Source: a virus (lineage: Duplodnaviria > Caudoviricetes). Taken from it: a stretch of 36,347 bases of DNA. The notes under the pieces were generated by a model. The model did no database searches. It saw only the letters and a list, made by a program, of their open reading frames with translations, and had not been told where the DNA came from. The translations under genes and the position numbers were made by a program. The stretch spans positions 1 through 36,347 of IMG/VR virus record IMGVR_UViG_3300030372_003961. One strand, written 5' to 3'. This document shows positions 9,861 through 18,809 of this stretch, piece after piece. Numbering within the stretch: the stretch's first letter is position 1; each line of letters opens with the position of its first letter.

Positions 9861-10444
9861 GTTTGTTGCCTCATATAGTCGACAAGATAGTTAAGACAAG
9901 CCTCGAAGCGTCTGAGGTTATGCGCGCGTGGATGGAATCAGTTAACGATCACATAAATAGTCGTAGTAAATTTGGATTTATTGATTATAACGATACCAGC
10001 ACGTCTGCATCGCCTATTCTTTTAGTGGCGGATGAGTGGACAGATATCCCCAATGATGGCCTTGGGGCGTTCACAAACAAGCTCTATACTCCCGAAGGTG
10101 TTAGCGAGCTGCTAGATACGTCAACAGGCTACTTGGATTTTTCTGACATAGCTCTAGGTAGCGAAATCATAGTTCGAAACGATTTCACAGTAACCCCAGG
10201 AACTAATAACGCATTGCTTGAAGCCCGGTATTTGCTTGGCGTTGGGGCAGGTGAATACGCTCTTCAATTTTGGTCTGAAAGGCTGGATAACGGCAGTGGT
10301 ATAGGCTATCAGAGAGTAACATCATTCCCTATTTACATGGGGGACACTAACACACAATCAAACCCGGCAAAGCTACAGATTAAGCTTTCAACGACTGGAT
10401 CCGTGGTTAATGCTGGTGTCTATATTTCTATAAGGTCTGCTTGA
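9857..10444 (+). CDS. Putative virion protein (tail needle/fibre position)
   Basis: ATGA-coupled to gp10-like gene; beta-rich C-terminal domain. Confidence 0.55.
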   Translation: MSLLPHIVDKIVKTSLEASEVMRAWMESVNDHINSRSKFGFIDYNDTSTSASPILLVADEWTDIPNDGLGAFTNKLYTPEGVSELLDTSTGYLDFSDIALGSEIIVRNDFTVTPGTNNALLEARYLLGVGAGEYALQFWSERLDNGSGIGYQRVTSFPIYMGDTNTQSNPAKLQIKLSTTGSVVNAGVYISIRSA

Positions 10445-11733
10445 TGGCTGTCACTATTTACAAAGATTCTAACGCTAACGCTATTTTTATAGAGGACTCT
10501 AACGGCGCTCAATTTCTTAACTCGTTACAGGCCACTAGTGATGGTCTAACTTGTACCGTGCATGATTTGGCTAGAGATATTGAAATTATTAGTACTGCGC
10601 AGTATGACGACTTTTTAGATGAGGCAGGCAACCTTTATGGCAACAATGCCACCGAGGTATGCAACGCCTTAAACGCTATATTTGTTGCGTCAGGAACGCC
10701 ACTAACAAACATCCCGGAAATAACATCAAGTCTTACCGCTACGATTGTAGCGGGTGAAACACTTAATTATGAGCTTACAGCTAATTATGGTGTAGGCTAT
10801 GAATGGGACTTAACAAATGTTCCAGGGATCACCACGGTTGACGGAAATGTTAGACTATTAATAGGTGGATCAAGCTTGGCAGAAGGCACTTATAACATTC
10901 CTGTTAAAGCGATAAATTATAACGGAGAAGACTCTGAGACAATAGTTTTAACGGTTTCTACACCCCCATTCGCAAACACTAAAAGCGTAAGGTTTAACAA
11001 CCAAGATTATTTAGGGGCAAACGCCAGTCTTTTAAGTGGTGTCTTAGGAAGGACTGGGAATGGCTCGGGCGCTTCTGACGCATGGACTATTTCGTTTTGG
11101 TTTAACCCCTCTACAGCATCTCAAGGCCAAACTATTTTTTATTTTGGTGACAATGATGTCGCTAATTCCGGGTATATAAATATTAGATATTTGGGATCTA
11201 CCGACAAAATAAGGCTCCAGTATGGCACTAATAACAACTATGTTAGGTTTCAGTCTGCAAATGTGTCACTTCCCGCTAATACGTGGTCGCACGTTTTAAT
11301 ATCCTATGATGGCGGAACAACGGGGGCGGCAAGTGGGAGCCTAAACGATTATTACAGTAGGTTTAAGGTTTTTTTTGATGGTGTTAACGTTATATCGGGT
11401 GGCGCTTGGTCTCATAGGAATTACGGATACACTGGAAGCATAGACCCTGACAATTTAAGGGTTGGCCGCTTTAATTCAGGTAACTACATGCGGGACAACT
11501 GTAAGGTTGACGAATTAGCTATATGGGATAGTGATCAAAGCGCGAACGTGTCCGACATTTACAATAGCGGGTCGCCGTTTGATTTATCAACTTTAACTAG
11601 CGGTCCTACGCATTGGTGGCGCATGGGCGACGGCGATACATACCCAAACCTAGAGGACAACGGATCGGCTGCAAATTGCACTTTTGTTATGTACAATATG
11701 ACCAGTGCGGATATAGTGAGTGATGTTCCTTGA
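10444..11733 (+). CDS. Fibre/adhesin with Ig-like domain and LamG (ConA-like) lectin domain
   Basis: WTISFWFNP, WSHVLISYDG, VDELAIWD, HWWRMGD LamG motifs; Ig-like GTYNIPVKAIN segment. Confidence 0.8.
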   Translation: MAVTIYKDSNANAIFIEDSNGAQFLNSLQATSDGLTCTVHDLARDIEIISTAQYDDFLDEAGNLYGNNATEVCNALNAIFVASGTPLTNIPEITSSLTATIVAGETLNYELTANYGVGYEWDLTNVPGITTVDGNVRLLIGGSSLAEGTYNIPVKAINYNGEDSETIVLTVSTPPFANTKSVRFNNQDYLGANASLLSGVLGRTGNGSGASDAWTISFWFNPSTASQGQTIFYFGDNDVANSGYINIRYLGSTDKIRLQYGTNNNYVRFQSANVSLPANTWSHVLISYDGGTTGAASGSLNDYYSRFKVFFDGVNVISGGAWSHRNYGYTGSIDPDNLRVGRFNSGNYMRDNCKVDELAIWDSDQSANVSDIYNSGSPFDLSTLTSGPTHWWRMGDGDTYPNLEDNGSAANCTFVMYNMTSADIVSDVP

Positions 11734-12287
11734 TGATTGAGATAGAAAACTTTTTAGATTTCCCCGAAAACATTATTGATTACGCAAAAGAGGCTAACTT
11801 TGTTGACGAAGAAAGCCCTTACGACGGCATAGTTTACCCTTTAATATGTAAAGATATTCCAGAGAAAATCCTTTACGACGCAATGTACAATCTTACTTAT
11901 AAAGCTATGGGAAGGATGCCGAAAGACCCCGTTTGCTTCATGAGGCGAAGCCCGGAAGGCCAGCCAGTGCAGCACAGGTATTACACTGACAACTCAATGG
12001 GCGCTTACTCTATGATGCTGTACCTAGAAGATAATCCTGATGCTGGAACAGGGTTTGCTAGGCATGAAGAAACGGGGTTGACTACTGCGCCAGTAACGGC
12101 GGCGTCATTAAATAAGACTATTAAAGACTGCAATGATGATAGCAAATGGCAAATTTACAAAGTTGCAGAAATGGTCAAAAATAAAGCTGTGATATTTGAT
12201 TCACATTTATTTCATGTTGCTTTACCGATTGGCGGATTTGGTAAAGGCAAAGAATCAAGAACAGTTTTTACCTGTTTTTTTAGTTAA
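11733..12287 (+). CDS. 2OG-Fe(II) oxygenase-like protein (DUF6445-like)
   Basis: IENFLDFP, YSMMLYL, GTGF, NKAVIFDSHLFH, SRTVFTCFF motifs; expected HxD reads YTD. Confidence 0.7.
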   Translation: MIEIENFLDFPENIIDYAKEANFVDEESPYDGIVYPLICKDIPEKILYDAMYNLTYKAMGRMPKDPVCFMRRSPEGQPVQHRYYTDNSMGAYSMMLYLEDNPDAGTGFARHEETGLTTAPVTAASLNKTIKDCNDDSKWQIYKVAEMVKNKAVIFDSHLFHVALPIGGFGKGKESRTVFTCFFS

Positions 12288-12364
12288 CGACCCCAAAGCA
12301 CGCTCACCTGTAATCCGCCGATTCAAAAAAATGTGTGGCGGGGTCTCCAATTTAAGGCGGATTT

Positions 12365-12748
12365 ATGAAGCGCGTTCTATTTGTTGCTGTTTGTAATATA
12401 TTTTTACTTATTCTTGTTTTATCCCCTCTCGCCCACGCAGAGAAATACAATCCAATGCATTATGAGATCGCATGGCAAGCAATGCACGTAATTGATGTTA
12501 TGCAGACTTTAGAAATACAAGATCATGAGCACTTAGAGGAATCGCATTCTCACTGGATTATTGGGCGCCAACCCGATGATGATAATGTTTATGCTTGGGG
12601 CATTGCATCCGCCCTCGCTCATTATTTTTTAATGAAATGGGTTGATGACAATACTAAATACGGAAAAGTTATAAGGAAAATTGAAGTTGGCTATAAGTTT
12701 GGTGTTATACACAAAAATTATCAGGCAGGAATAAGGATTTCGTTTTGA
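12365..12748 (+). CDS. Hypothetical exported/membrane protein (moron-like)
   Basis: N-terminal signal peptide (LAHA-E), C-terminal aromatic GIRISF. Confidence 0.6.
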   Translation: MKRVLFVAVCNIFLLILVLSPLAHAEKYNPMHYEIAWQAMHVIDVMQTLEIQDHEHLEESHSHWIIGRQPDDDNVYAWGIASALAHYFLMKWVDDNTKYGKVIRKIEVGYKFGVIHKNYQAGIRISF

Positions 12749-13257
12749 TTAGAGAAGCTGAAATACAAGATTTTGAAGCTATACTTGATATGTGTGAAAC
12801 ATTTTGGAAGCACACTCAGTTTGACGAACCTTTTGAACGTGATCACACAAGAAAAATGGTTCAAATGTCATATGATCACGGCTTACTTTTGGTTGCTGAT
12901 AACGACGGGATAGAGGGGTTTATAGCCGCAGTAGCCTCCCCTCTTTTAGGAAGCTCTAGCGCCATAGCGGCGACCGAGTTGGCTTGGTGGGTAAACCCAG
13001 AAAAACGTGGTAATATGTCAGGGGTGAAACTTTTATCTTCACTTGAGCGCTTATGTATAAAGCGAAATGTTAAGTACTTAAATTTGGCTTATATGCAGTC
13101 AAGCATGCCTGAAAAAGTTCAAAGCATGTATGAGCGAATGGGTTACAAACTGCAAGAAACTTTATACACAAAGGTGATAAATGGGAGCGATAACATCAGC
13201 AATAATAGTGGCAGGAGCAGCGGCCTATTCCGCAGACCAACAAAGGAGCGCGGCTAA
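12745..13257 (+). CDS. GNAT family acetyltransferase (virion-module type)
   Basis: MIREAEIQD, ELAWWVNPEKRG, MYERMGY motifs; sits just before ejection genes. Confidence 0.85.
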   Translation: MIREAEIQDFEAILDMCETFWKHTQFDEPFERDHTRKMVQMSYDHGLLLVADNDGIEGFIAAVASPLLGSSSAIAATELAWWVNPEKRGNMSGVKLLSSLERLCIKRNVKYLNLAYMQSSMPEKVQSMYERMGYKLQETLYTKVINGSDNISNNSGRSSGLFRRPTKERG

Positions 13258-14392
13258 CGAAGCTGCAAGACGGCAATCTGAGGGCGTTAGGCAGGGACAA
13301 CTAGAAGCCAGAAACGCAACCGAAAGAGCCAGAAATGTATTAACGGGCATGGCAGAGCCTCAACAGCAACAAATTGTTCAAAGGCAGGAGCTTGACGTTG
13401 AAAGGCAGCAACTCCTTGATGAGATAGAAAGCCTAGAAAATAGGAGGCCTTCTGGAAGGGGGCGACTACTTCATGAACGTACTCTATCGAGGGCTAGGCA
13501 GCGGTTAAATGATTTCGATGCAAACAGGGCGCAAGTTGAGTCTCAAGCTAGGGCGCAATCTTCTATTTCTTCAGGTCAAAACGCTACACAGCAACCCGTA
13601 GGCCAAACGGGTTCTACATTGTCAGATGTCGTGCAAGATGCGCAGCCAAACGAAGCGGCGCAAGTAGACATATCGCAGTTGCCAGCAGACCCACGACGCG
13701 AATTGCTAACCGGAATTCTTGGTCAGTTAGCTTTTACTAACCAAGGGTTTACAGGTGCACAACAGACACTATCACCGTTAGCGCAAAGTGTTGCGCCTTA
13801 CCTACAGCAGCAAGCAAACCTACTAGGCGTCGGTGGTGACGCTGCTAGGCAAGAGGCTATCTCCCAAATTTCAGACCCATTAGCGGCTGAGCAAGAAAGA
13901 GCGATATTAAGAAATAATGCTGCTTTGGGCGGTGTTGGCGGTAATGTATTGTCGCAGCTTGCAGAGCAAACGAGGTCTAGGACGGAGGCGAATATAAGCA
14001 ATAGGCTGGCCGATCTTGGAAGGGCTGCTTCGCCCGGTCTTAATGCACTTCAAAGCTTGTCAAATCTAAGGCTTAATCAGGGCCTAGGTATGTCAGACGT
14101 TATTGGGGTTGGATCTAGGGATTTGGCAGCGCAAGAAACAGCAAGGCGTCAGGCTTTGGCTAATTTAGAGTTGGGACTAGGTTCAGAGCTTACGCAATTA
14201 GCTCAAAACCTCGGTACTGCTAGAGCTGGCGGAGCGGCCTTTGCGGCGCAATCCCCTAACCCACTTTCGGCGGGCTTGACGGCTGGACTAGGAGCTTACA
14301 CTGGTGCCGGTGGTACTTTTGGAAGCAACCAAATAGCACCGCAATCAGCAATGAATGTTCGAAATCCAAATATTTACGGGAATATAGCGTAA
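13181..14392 (+). CDS. DNA ejection/transfer protein (P22 gp7-like)
   Basis: Hydrophobic Ala/Gly N-terminus, Q/A/G-rich, GGVGGNVLSQL motif. Confidence 0.7.
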   Translation: MGAITSAIIVAGAAAYSADQQRSAANEAARRQSEGVRQGQLEARNATERARNVLTGMAEPQQQQIVQRQELDVERQQLLDEIESLENRRPSGRGRLLHERTLSRARQRLNDFDANRAQVESQARAQSSISSGQNATQQPVGQTGSTLSDVVQDAQPNEAAQVDISQLPADPRRELLTGILGQLAFTNQGFTGAQQTLSPLAQSVAPYLQQQANLLGVGGDAARQEAISQISDPLAAEQERAILRNNAALGGVGGNVLSQLAEQTRSRTEANISNRLADLGRAASPGLNALQSLSNLRLNQGLGMSDVIGVGSRDLAAQETARRQALANLELGLGSELTQLAQNLGTARAGGAAFAAQSPNPLSAGLTAGLGAYTGAGGTFGSNQIAPQSAMNVRNPNIYGNIA

Positions 14393-15438
14393 TGGTTAGT
14401 CCTTTACAGTCAATAGCGGCAGGTTTAAGACCTGCAAGTGACCCTCTTATGCAAGTTGGAGACATACTTGCTAGAGGCCGTCAGGTTAATTCTAATTTGC
14501 AGAGCCAAGACTTGCAGCGTCAGAACCTACAGCAGCAAATGAGCCAAAGACAGCAGGCAATGACGAATGAGCAATCATTGGGTGCTGCTCGATACCTCAA
14601 CTCGCTAGGAAAACAACTTTTATCAGTGGATGAGTCACAATGGCCGCAAATATTAGGACCAAATTTGCCGCAACTACAGCAGCTAGGCTATACCCCTGAG
14701 ATATTGCAAGGCATGACGCGAGAGCAGATACAGGGCGTGGTAGCTCAAACAGAGCCTTTAATGCCCTTACAAGCTCAGAAAGATAAGGACACATCAAACA
14801 TTAGAGATTTAAGAGAGTACGAGCGACTTGTAAAGCGTGACCCTAAATTAGCTAAAATGTTTGCCAAAGATGTCGGTTTGCTTCCAAAAGATAAGCCGAT
14901 TAGTGCTGTTTCTGAGAAAAACTTAATAGATGCTCAATCTAAGTTTATGGACTCTAAGACTAAGGCTACAGAATATGATTTGCTTGCGGATGACTTTTTA
15001 AGATTTAAAGATTCTTTACCTACGGGTAAGTCTGCAACAATTAGCGAATTTATTAAGTCGTCCACTGGTACTCAAGACGAAGAGACCGAGCTTAGACGAA
15101 GATTGCAAAAGGTAAGACTTTCGCAGGCGCTTAAAAACTTGCCGCCCGGACCTGCAACCGATAAGGATGTAGCCGAAGCAATGAAAGGCGTTCCTAAAGA
15201 AAACGCTTCTGTTGATCAGGTTTTACAATTTTTAAGAGGTTCGGCAAAAATTGAATCTTTAGAGGCCGACTTTCAAGAGTTTAAAGCTAATTATATTTCA
15301 GATAATGACGGATCAAAAGGTCTTATAAAATCTTGGAAGCAAGCCATTAAAGATGGAAAAATAGATTCTTACAACGATGTTGTTAGCGGTGGGACTTCTA
15401 GTGAGCCAGCCGGTATTAGATTTTTAGGGTTTGAATAA
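14392..15438 (+). CDS. DNA ejection/transfer protein (P22 gp20-like)
   Basis: Q-rich N-terminus, LPPGPATDKD motif, TAATG coupling. Confidence 0.7.
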   Translation: MVSPLQSIAAGLRPASDPLMQVGDILARGRQVNSNLQSQDLQRQNLQQQMSQRQQAMTNEQSLGAARYLNSLGKQLLSVDESQWPQILGPNLPQLQQLGYTPEILQGMTREQIQGVVAQTEPLMPLQAQKDKDTSNIRDLREYERLVKRDPKLAKMFAKDVGLLPKDKPISAVSEKNLIDAQSKFMDSKTKATEYDLLADDFLRFKDSLPTGKSATISEFIKSSTGTQDEETELRRRLQKVRLSQALKNLPPGPATDKDVAEAMKGVPKENASVDQVLQFLRGSAKIESLEADFQEFKANYISDNDGSKGLIKSWKQAIKDGKIDSYNDVVSGGTSSEPAGIRFLGFE

Positions 15439-17726
15439 TGCCAATAGCAAAAGTGCAAATGCCGGACGGGCGTATAGCTAGAATTGAGGTTCCAGAGGGG
15501 ACGACTCAAGACCAAGTTATTCGGTTTGTAAATGACAATCAGGCAAATTTTGATGGCGCCCCCGCAGAAGCGCCTACGGTAAATCAGCCTATACAGGCTG
15601 AAACCCCTGTTGTTACGCCAAGCCAGCCTACTGGTTCAGAGCTATTGATACAGCAAAAAAACCAAGACATGCCGCTAACCATTATGCAGCAAAGAGCGGC
15701 AGCAATGGGTGTAGATCCTCAGGCCTCAGATAGAGCGGTGTTAACTTCTGATAGGGAAATTAGATTAAAGCAGCTACAAGAAGAAAATCCTTTTCTATTC
15801 GATATAATACAAGACTTAAATCCCGCCGAAGCAGCAGCTATCGGATTTCAGCAAGGTCTAAGAACTATTGCAAGGGGAGCTGGAAAGGTGGCGGGTCAAA
15901 ATCTTTTTCCTGAAGTTAACGATCCGGCATTGCAAAAATTGCAAGAAGCTAGTACAGCAGCAAATATAGGCAAGATAGCTGGTGAGGCCGCTCCATTTGC
16001 AGCGGCGGCGCCATTGACCGGCGCGGCGGGAACCGGCTTACAAATAACTAGAGGTGGAACTCAAATTGTACCGCAAATCGCATCAACAAAAGGTAGAGCG
16101 CTTGCTTCAGGCGCCTTATCGGGCGCAGAAGGGGCGTCTATCGCAGCCGGACAAGACAAGTCAGGTTCGGAGGTTGCTTTATCGGCACTTCTCGGGGGAA
16201 CTTTGGGGGCTGGCGCAGAAATTTCTATTCCTGTCATTAATCGCAGCGCTCGTAAAGTTTTAGATAAGCTTGGATTTAAAGGTGGCAGGGCGATTGATGA
16301 TAGTGGCAACTTAACTCAAGAAGCTATAACCACCCTAAGAAATGAAGGTGTTGAGGTTGACGAGTTTTTAAAAGAAACTTTCGAAAACGCCGATATTGGC
16401 GACGATGCAAGACGTGCTGTTTTTGAAAATCTCGGAATTACCCCTACTCAAGCGCAAGTAACAAGAGACAAAAATTTATTTAGTGATCAGCTAGAAGCCT
16501 TTTCTCAAGAGGGGCAAGTCACCCAAGCTATCGAAAGGCAGGATAGAGTATTAAACGATCTTGTCAGAAAAGAGGTTGGCTCTATTGGTGGTGTTGCTGA
16601 AAGGGCTAGTCAGTCGGTATCTGACGCAATTATAGATAAGGCTGTACAGCTAGATGATAAAATAGTGAATATTTATAGGCAGGCTGAAGAGGCGGCGCCA
16701 AACGCTAAGAATGTTAAATTTAATAACGCTGCTAGACTGCTAAAAACTAGCGCTGGTTCAAATGACGCTACCGGCGGTGTTATTTCTGCCCTTAAAGGAA
16801 AAATGGAAAGTATGGGAGTCCTTAACGACTGGCGTGCTAGCGGTAGAGTCTCAGTACAGCAGGCCGAAGAGTTAAGGAAGTTTGCCAACTCTCTATTTGA
16901 TTCGTCTACTAGTTTTGGCCGGGGTTTTATAAGAGATTTTAAGAACAGCTTAGATTCAGACGCGCTTGACGCTTCGGGAAAAGACTTTTTTGGTCAAGCT
17001 AGGCAAGCTAAAGCCGATTTTGAGAAAGGGCTTTCGACGACATCTAAAAGCAATTTTAGCAAGCGCAAAAAATCCCTAGTAAGAGATATTCTTGAGGAAA
17101 AAATACCAGAAGATAAGATAGCGGAGCGCGTTGTTTCTAGAGGTTCGGCTTATGACGCCAAGTCTTTAGTTGAGCTTAGAGACTATTTGACTAGCGGTAA
17201 CGAGGCTCAGGTAGCGCAAGGGATTGAGTCGTGGAATGATATTAGGTCTCAGGCGATGAAAAATATATTTGATAGCGCCTTTAAAGGCCCTGCTAACCGC
17301 GAAGGGGTAAGACAAATTACTAGAGCCGGAATAGAATCAGGCATTAAAAAGATAGGACCACAAAAGTTTAATGTCCTTTTTTCGCCTGATGAGAGAAAGT
17401 TTTTAACGGATATTCTTAGCGTCTCCTATCTTAGGGAGCCGCCACCGGGCGTTAAGGCTTCACCGTCAGGACCGGCAATTAGAACTTTGCAGTCTGCGCT
17501 TTCTAGACTGCCTTATGTGGGCGGAGAGATAGCAAACAGACTTATCGATGACGTAAGGAAAAAAGCAACTGAAAAGCGCGTATTGGATCTTGTTGATATG
17601 GCAGAAAGAGCTTCTAAAAAGAACAATGAAATGTTTGAGAAAAAACTAAGAAATAGCAAGGCAGGAAAAGCGTTAACCGCATCACCATTGATAGCGGTCC
17701 CTGCATTAGCAGAGGAGGAAGAATGA
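15438..17726 (+). CDS. Large DNA ejection protein (P22 gp16-like)
   Basis: MPDGRIARIEVPEG N-terminus, Gly/Ala-rich hydrophobic segment, helical remainder. Confidence 0.7.
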   Translation: MPIAKVQMPDGRIARIEVPEGTTQDQVIRFVNDNQANFDGAPAEAPTVNQPIQAETPVVTPSQPTGSELLIQQKNQDMPLTIMQQRAAAMGVDPQASDRAVLTSDREIRLKQLQEENPFLFDIIQDLNPAEAAAIGFQQGLRTIARGAGKVAGQNLFPEVNDPALQKLQEASTAANIGKIAGEAAPFAAAAPLTGAAGTGLQITRGGTQIVPQIASTKGRALASGALSGAEGASIAAGQDKSGSEVALSALLGGTLGAGAEISIPVINRSARKVLDKLGFKGGRAIDDSGNLTQEAITTLRNEGVEVDEFLKETFENADIGDDARRAVFENLGITPTQAQVTRDKNLFSDQLEAFSQEGQVTQAIERQDRVLNDLVRKEVGSIGGVAERASQSVSDAIIDKAVQLDDKIVNIYRQAEEAAPNAKNVKFNNAARLLKTSAGSNDATGGVISALKGKMESMGVLNDWRASGRVSVQQAEELRKFANSLFDSSTSFGRGFIRDFKNSLDSDALDASGKDFFGQARQAKADFEKGLSTTSKSNFSKRKKSLVRDILEEKIPEDKIAERVVSRGSAYDAKSLVELRDYLTSGNEAQVAQGIESWNDIRSQAMKNIFDSAFKGPANREGVRQITRAGIESGIKKIGPQKFNVLFSPDERKFLTDILSVSYLREPPPGVKASPSGPAIRTLQSALSRLPYVGGEIANRLIDDVRKKATEKRVLDLVDMAERASKKNNEMFEKKLRNSKAGKALTASPLIAVPALAEEEE

Positions 17727-18808
17727 GCAACACAAGAGTATTTACAGACCCAAGGTCGCAACACTTTAAAAGTGACGGTGTTTCTTCCAATTCATCTGGC
17801 AAGCTATATTTTCGAGAGCCGGGTAGCGGAAGTACGACACTAAAAGCTATTTATTCAGATAAAGAGTTGTCTGTTCAGCTTCTCAACCCTGTTACGCTAG
17901 ATTCCAACGGTAGAGCGCCTGAAATCTTTTTGGATGGCGATTATAGCGTGGAAATGACCGATAGTTCAGACGTTCAGATATGGCGTATTGACAATTATCA
18001 GCCGCCAGAGGTTGAGGGACAGTTTGCAGAATGGGGTTCGACATTTACATATGCTGTAAATGATTACGTTAGATACACGGACGGTAATTATTACGTATCA
18101 CTACGCTCTGGTAATGTGGGCAACGTCCCAAGCAGTTCGACCACATATTGGAGTCAGGCATTTTTTATAACGGTTTACAACGCTAGCAAAAGCTATAGTG
18201 TTGGCGACCTTATTTATTATGACGGAAATCTTTACACATCACTAACAAATTCAAATCGAGGCAACACGCCAAGCACCAGCTTTGATGACTGGCGACGACC
18301 TGGGGTTAGTGTCCCCAATGTTACAGGGTTTTCAGGCCAAATTGTTAAATATCAAAGGTCTGACCCTGGAAGCCTCTTATTTATAGTTTTTGATAATTTT
18401 GATGGAAGCCCACCTCTTTTTGCTGAGGACACTTGGTCATCTATAGGCCCCACGGGTTCTGGTGCTGATGTCATTTGGACCGAGCTTGACGATTTACCAT
18501 TAAATGCAGCATTTCTGACTGTCTCTGTTTCATTATGGGCCAGTAGAAATTCCGGGTCATCCCTTGAGTATGCGGCTAACTGTGATGTTAGGTCCTCAGT
18601 AACCCAGCCGGCAACAGGGTTTTTAATTGCGCAAGTTCTTGGGATAGGATCAAGCACCGAGCCAAACAGGCAAAGTAATGGTATTGGAGTTTTCGATGTC
18701 CCTCTTTCGCCAACGAATACTTTTGAATTAAAGTATGAACTTTCCGCCAACGTCGATGATAGACAGCTCTATATAAATGCTATCGGATTTTCCACAAAAG
18801 AGGCTTAA
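17723..18808 (+). CDS. Tailspike/adaptor with head-binding-like N-domain and two CBM5/12-like repeats
   Basis: GKLYF...NPVTLDSNGR N-domain; WGSTFTYAVNDYVRY...NVPSSSTTYW and YNASKSYSVGDLIYYDG...NTPSTSFDDW repeats. Confidence 0.7.
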   Translation: MSNTRVFTDPRSQHFKSDGVSSNSSGKLYFREPGSGSTTLKAIYSDKELSVQLLNPVTLDSNGRAPEIFLDGDYSVEMTDSSDVQIWRIDNYQPPEVEGQFAEWGSTFTYAVNDYVRYTDGNYYVSLRSGNVGNVPSSSTTYWSQAFFITVYNASKSYSVGDLIYYDGNLYTSLTNSNRGNTPSTSFDDWRRPGVSVPNVTGFSGQIVKYQRSDPGSLLFIVFDNFDGSPPLFAEDTWSSIGPTGSGADVIWTELDDLPLNAAFLTVSVSLWASRNSGSSLEYAANCDVRSSVTQPATGFLIAQVLGIGSSTEPNRQSNGIGVFDVPLSPTNTFELKYELSANVDDRQLYINAIGFSTKEA

Positions 18809-18809
18809 A

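Noticed and set aside
12247-12350. c-di-GMP-I riboswitch resemblance (GGCAAA...CAAAGC...GCGGGGT)
   Set aside because: P2 GAAA hairpin and conserved spacing are absent, and the 5' part lies within a CDS.
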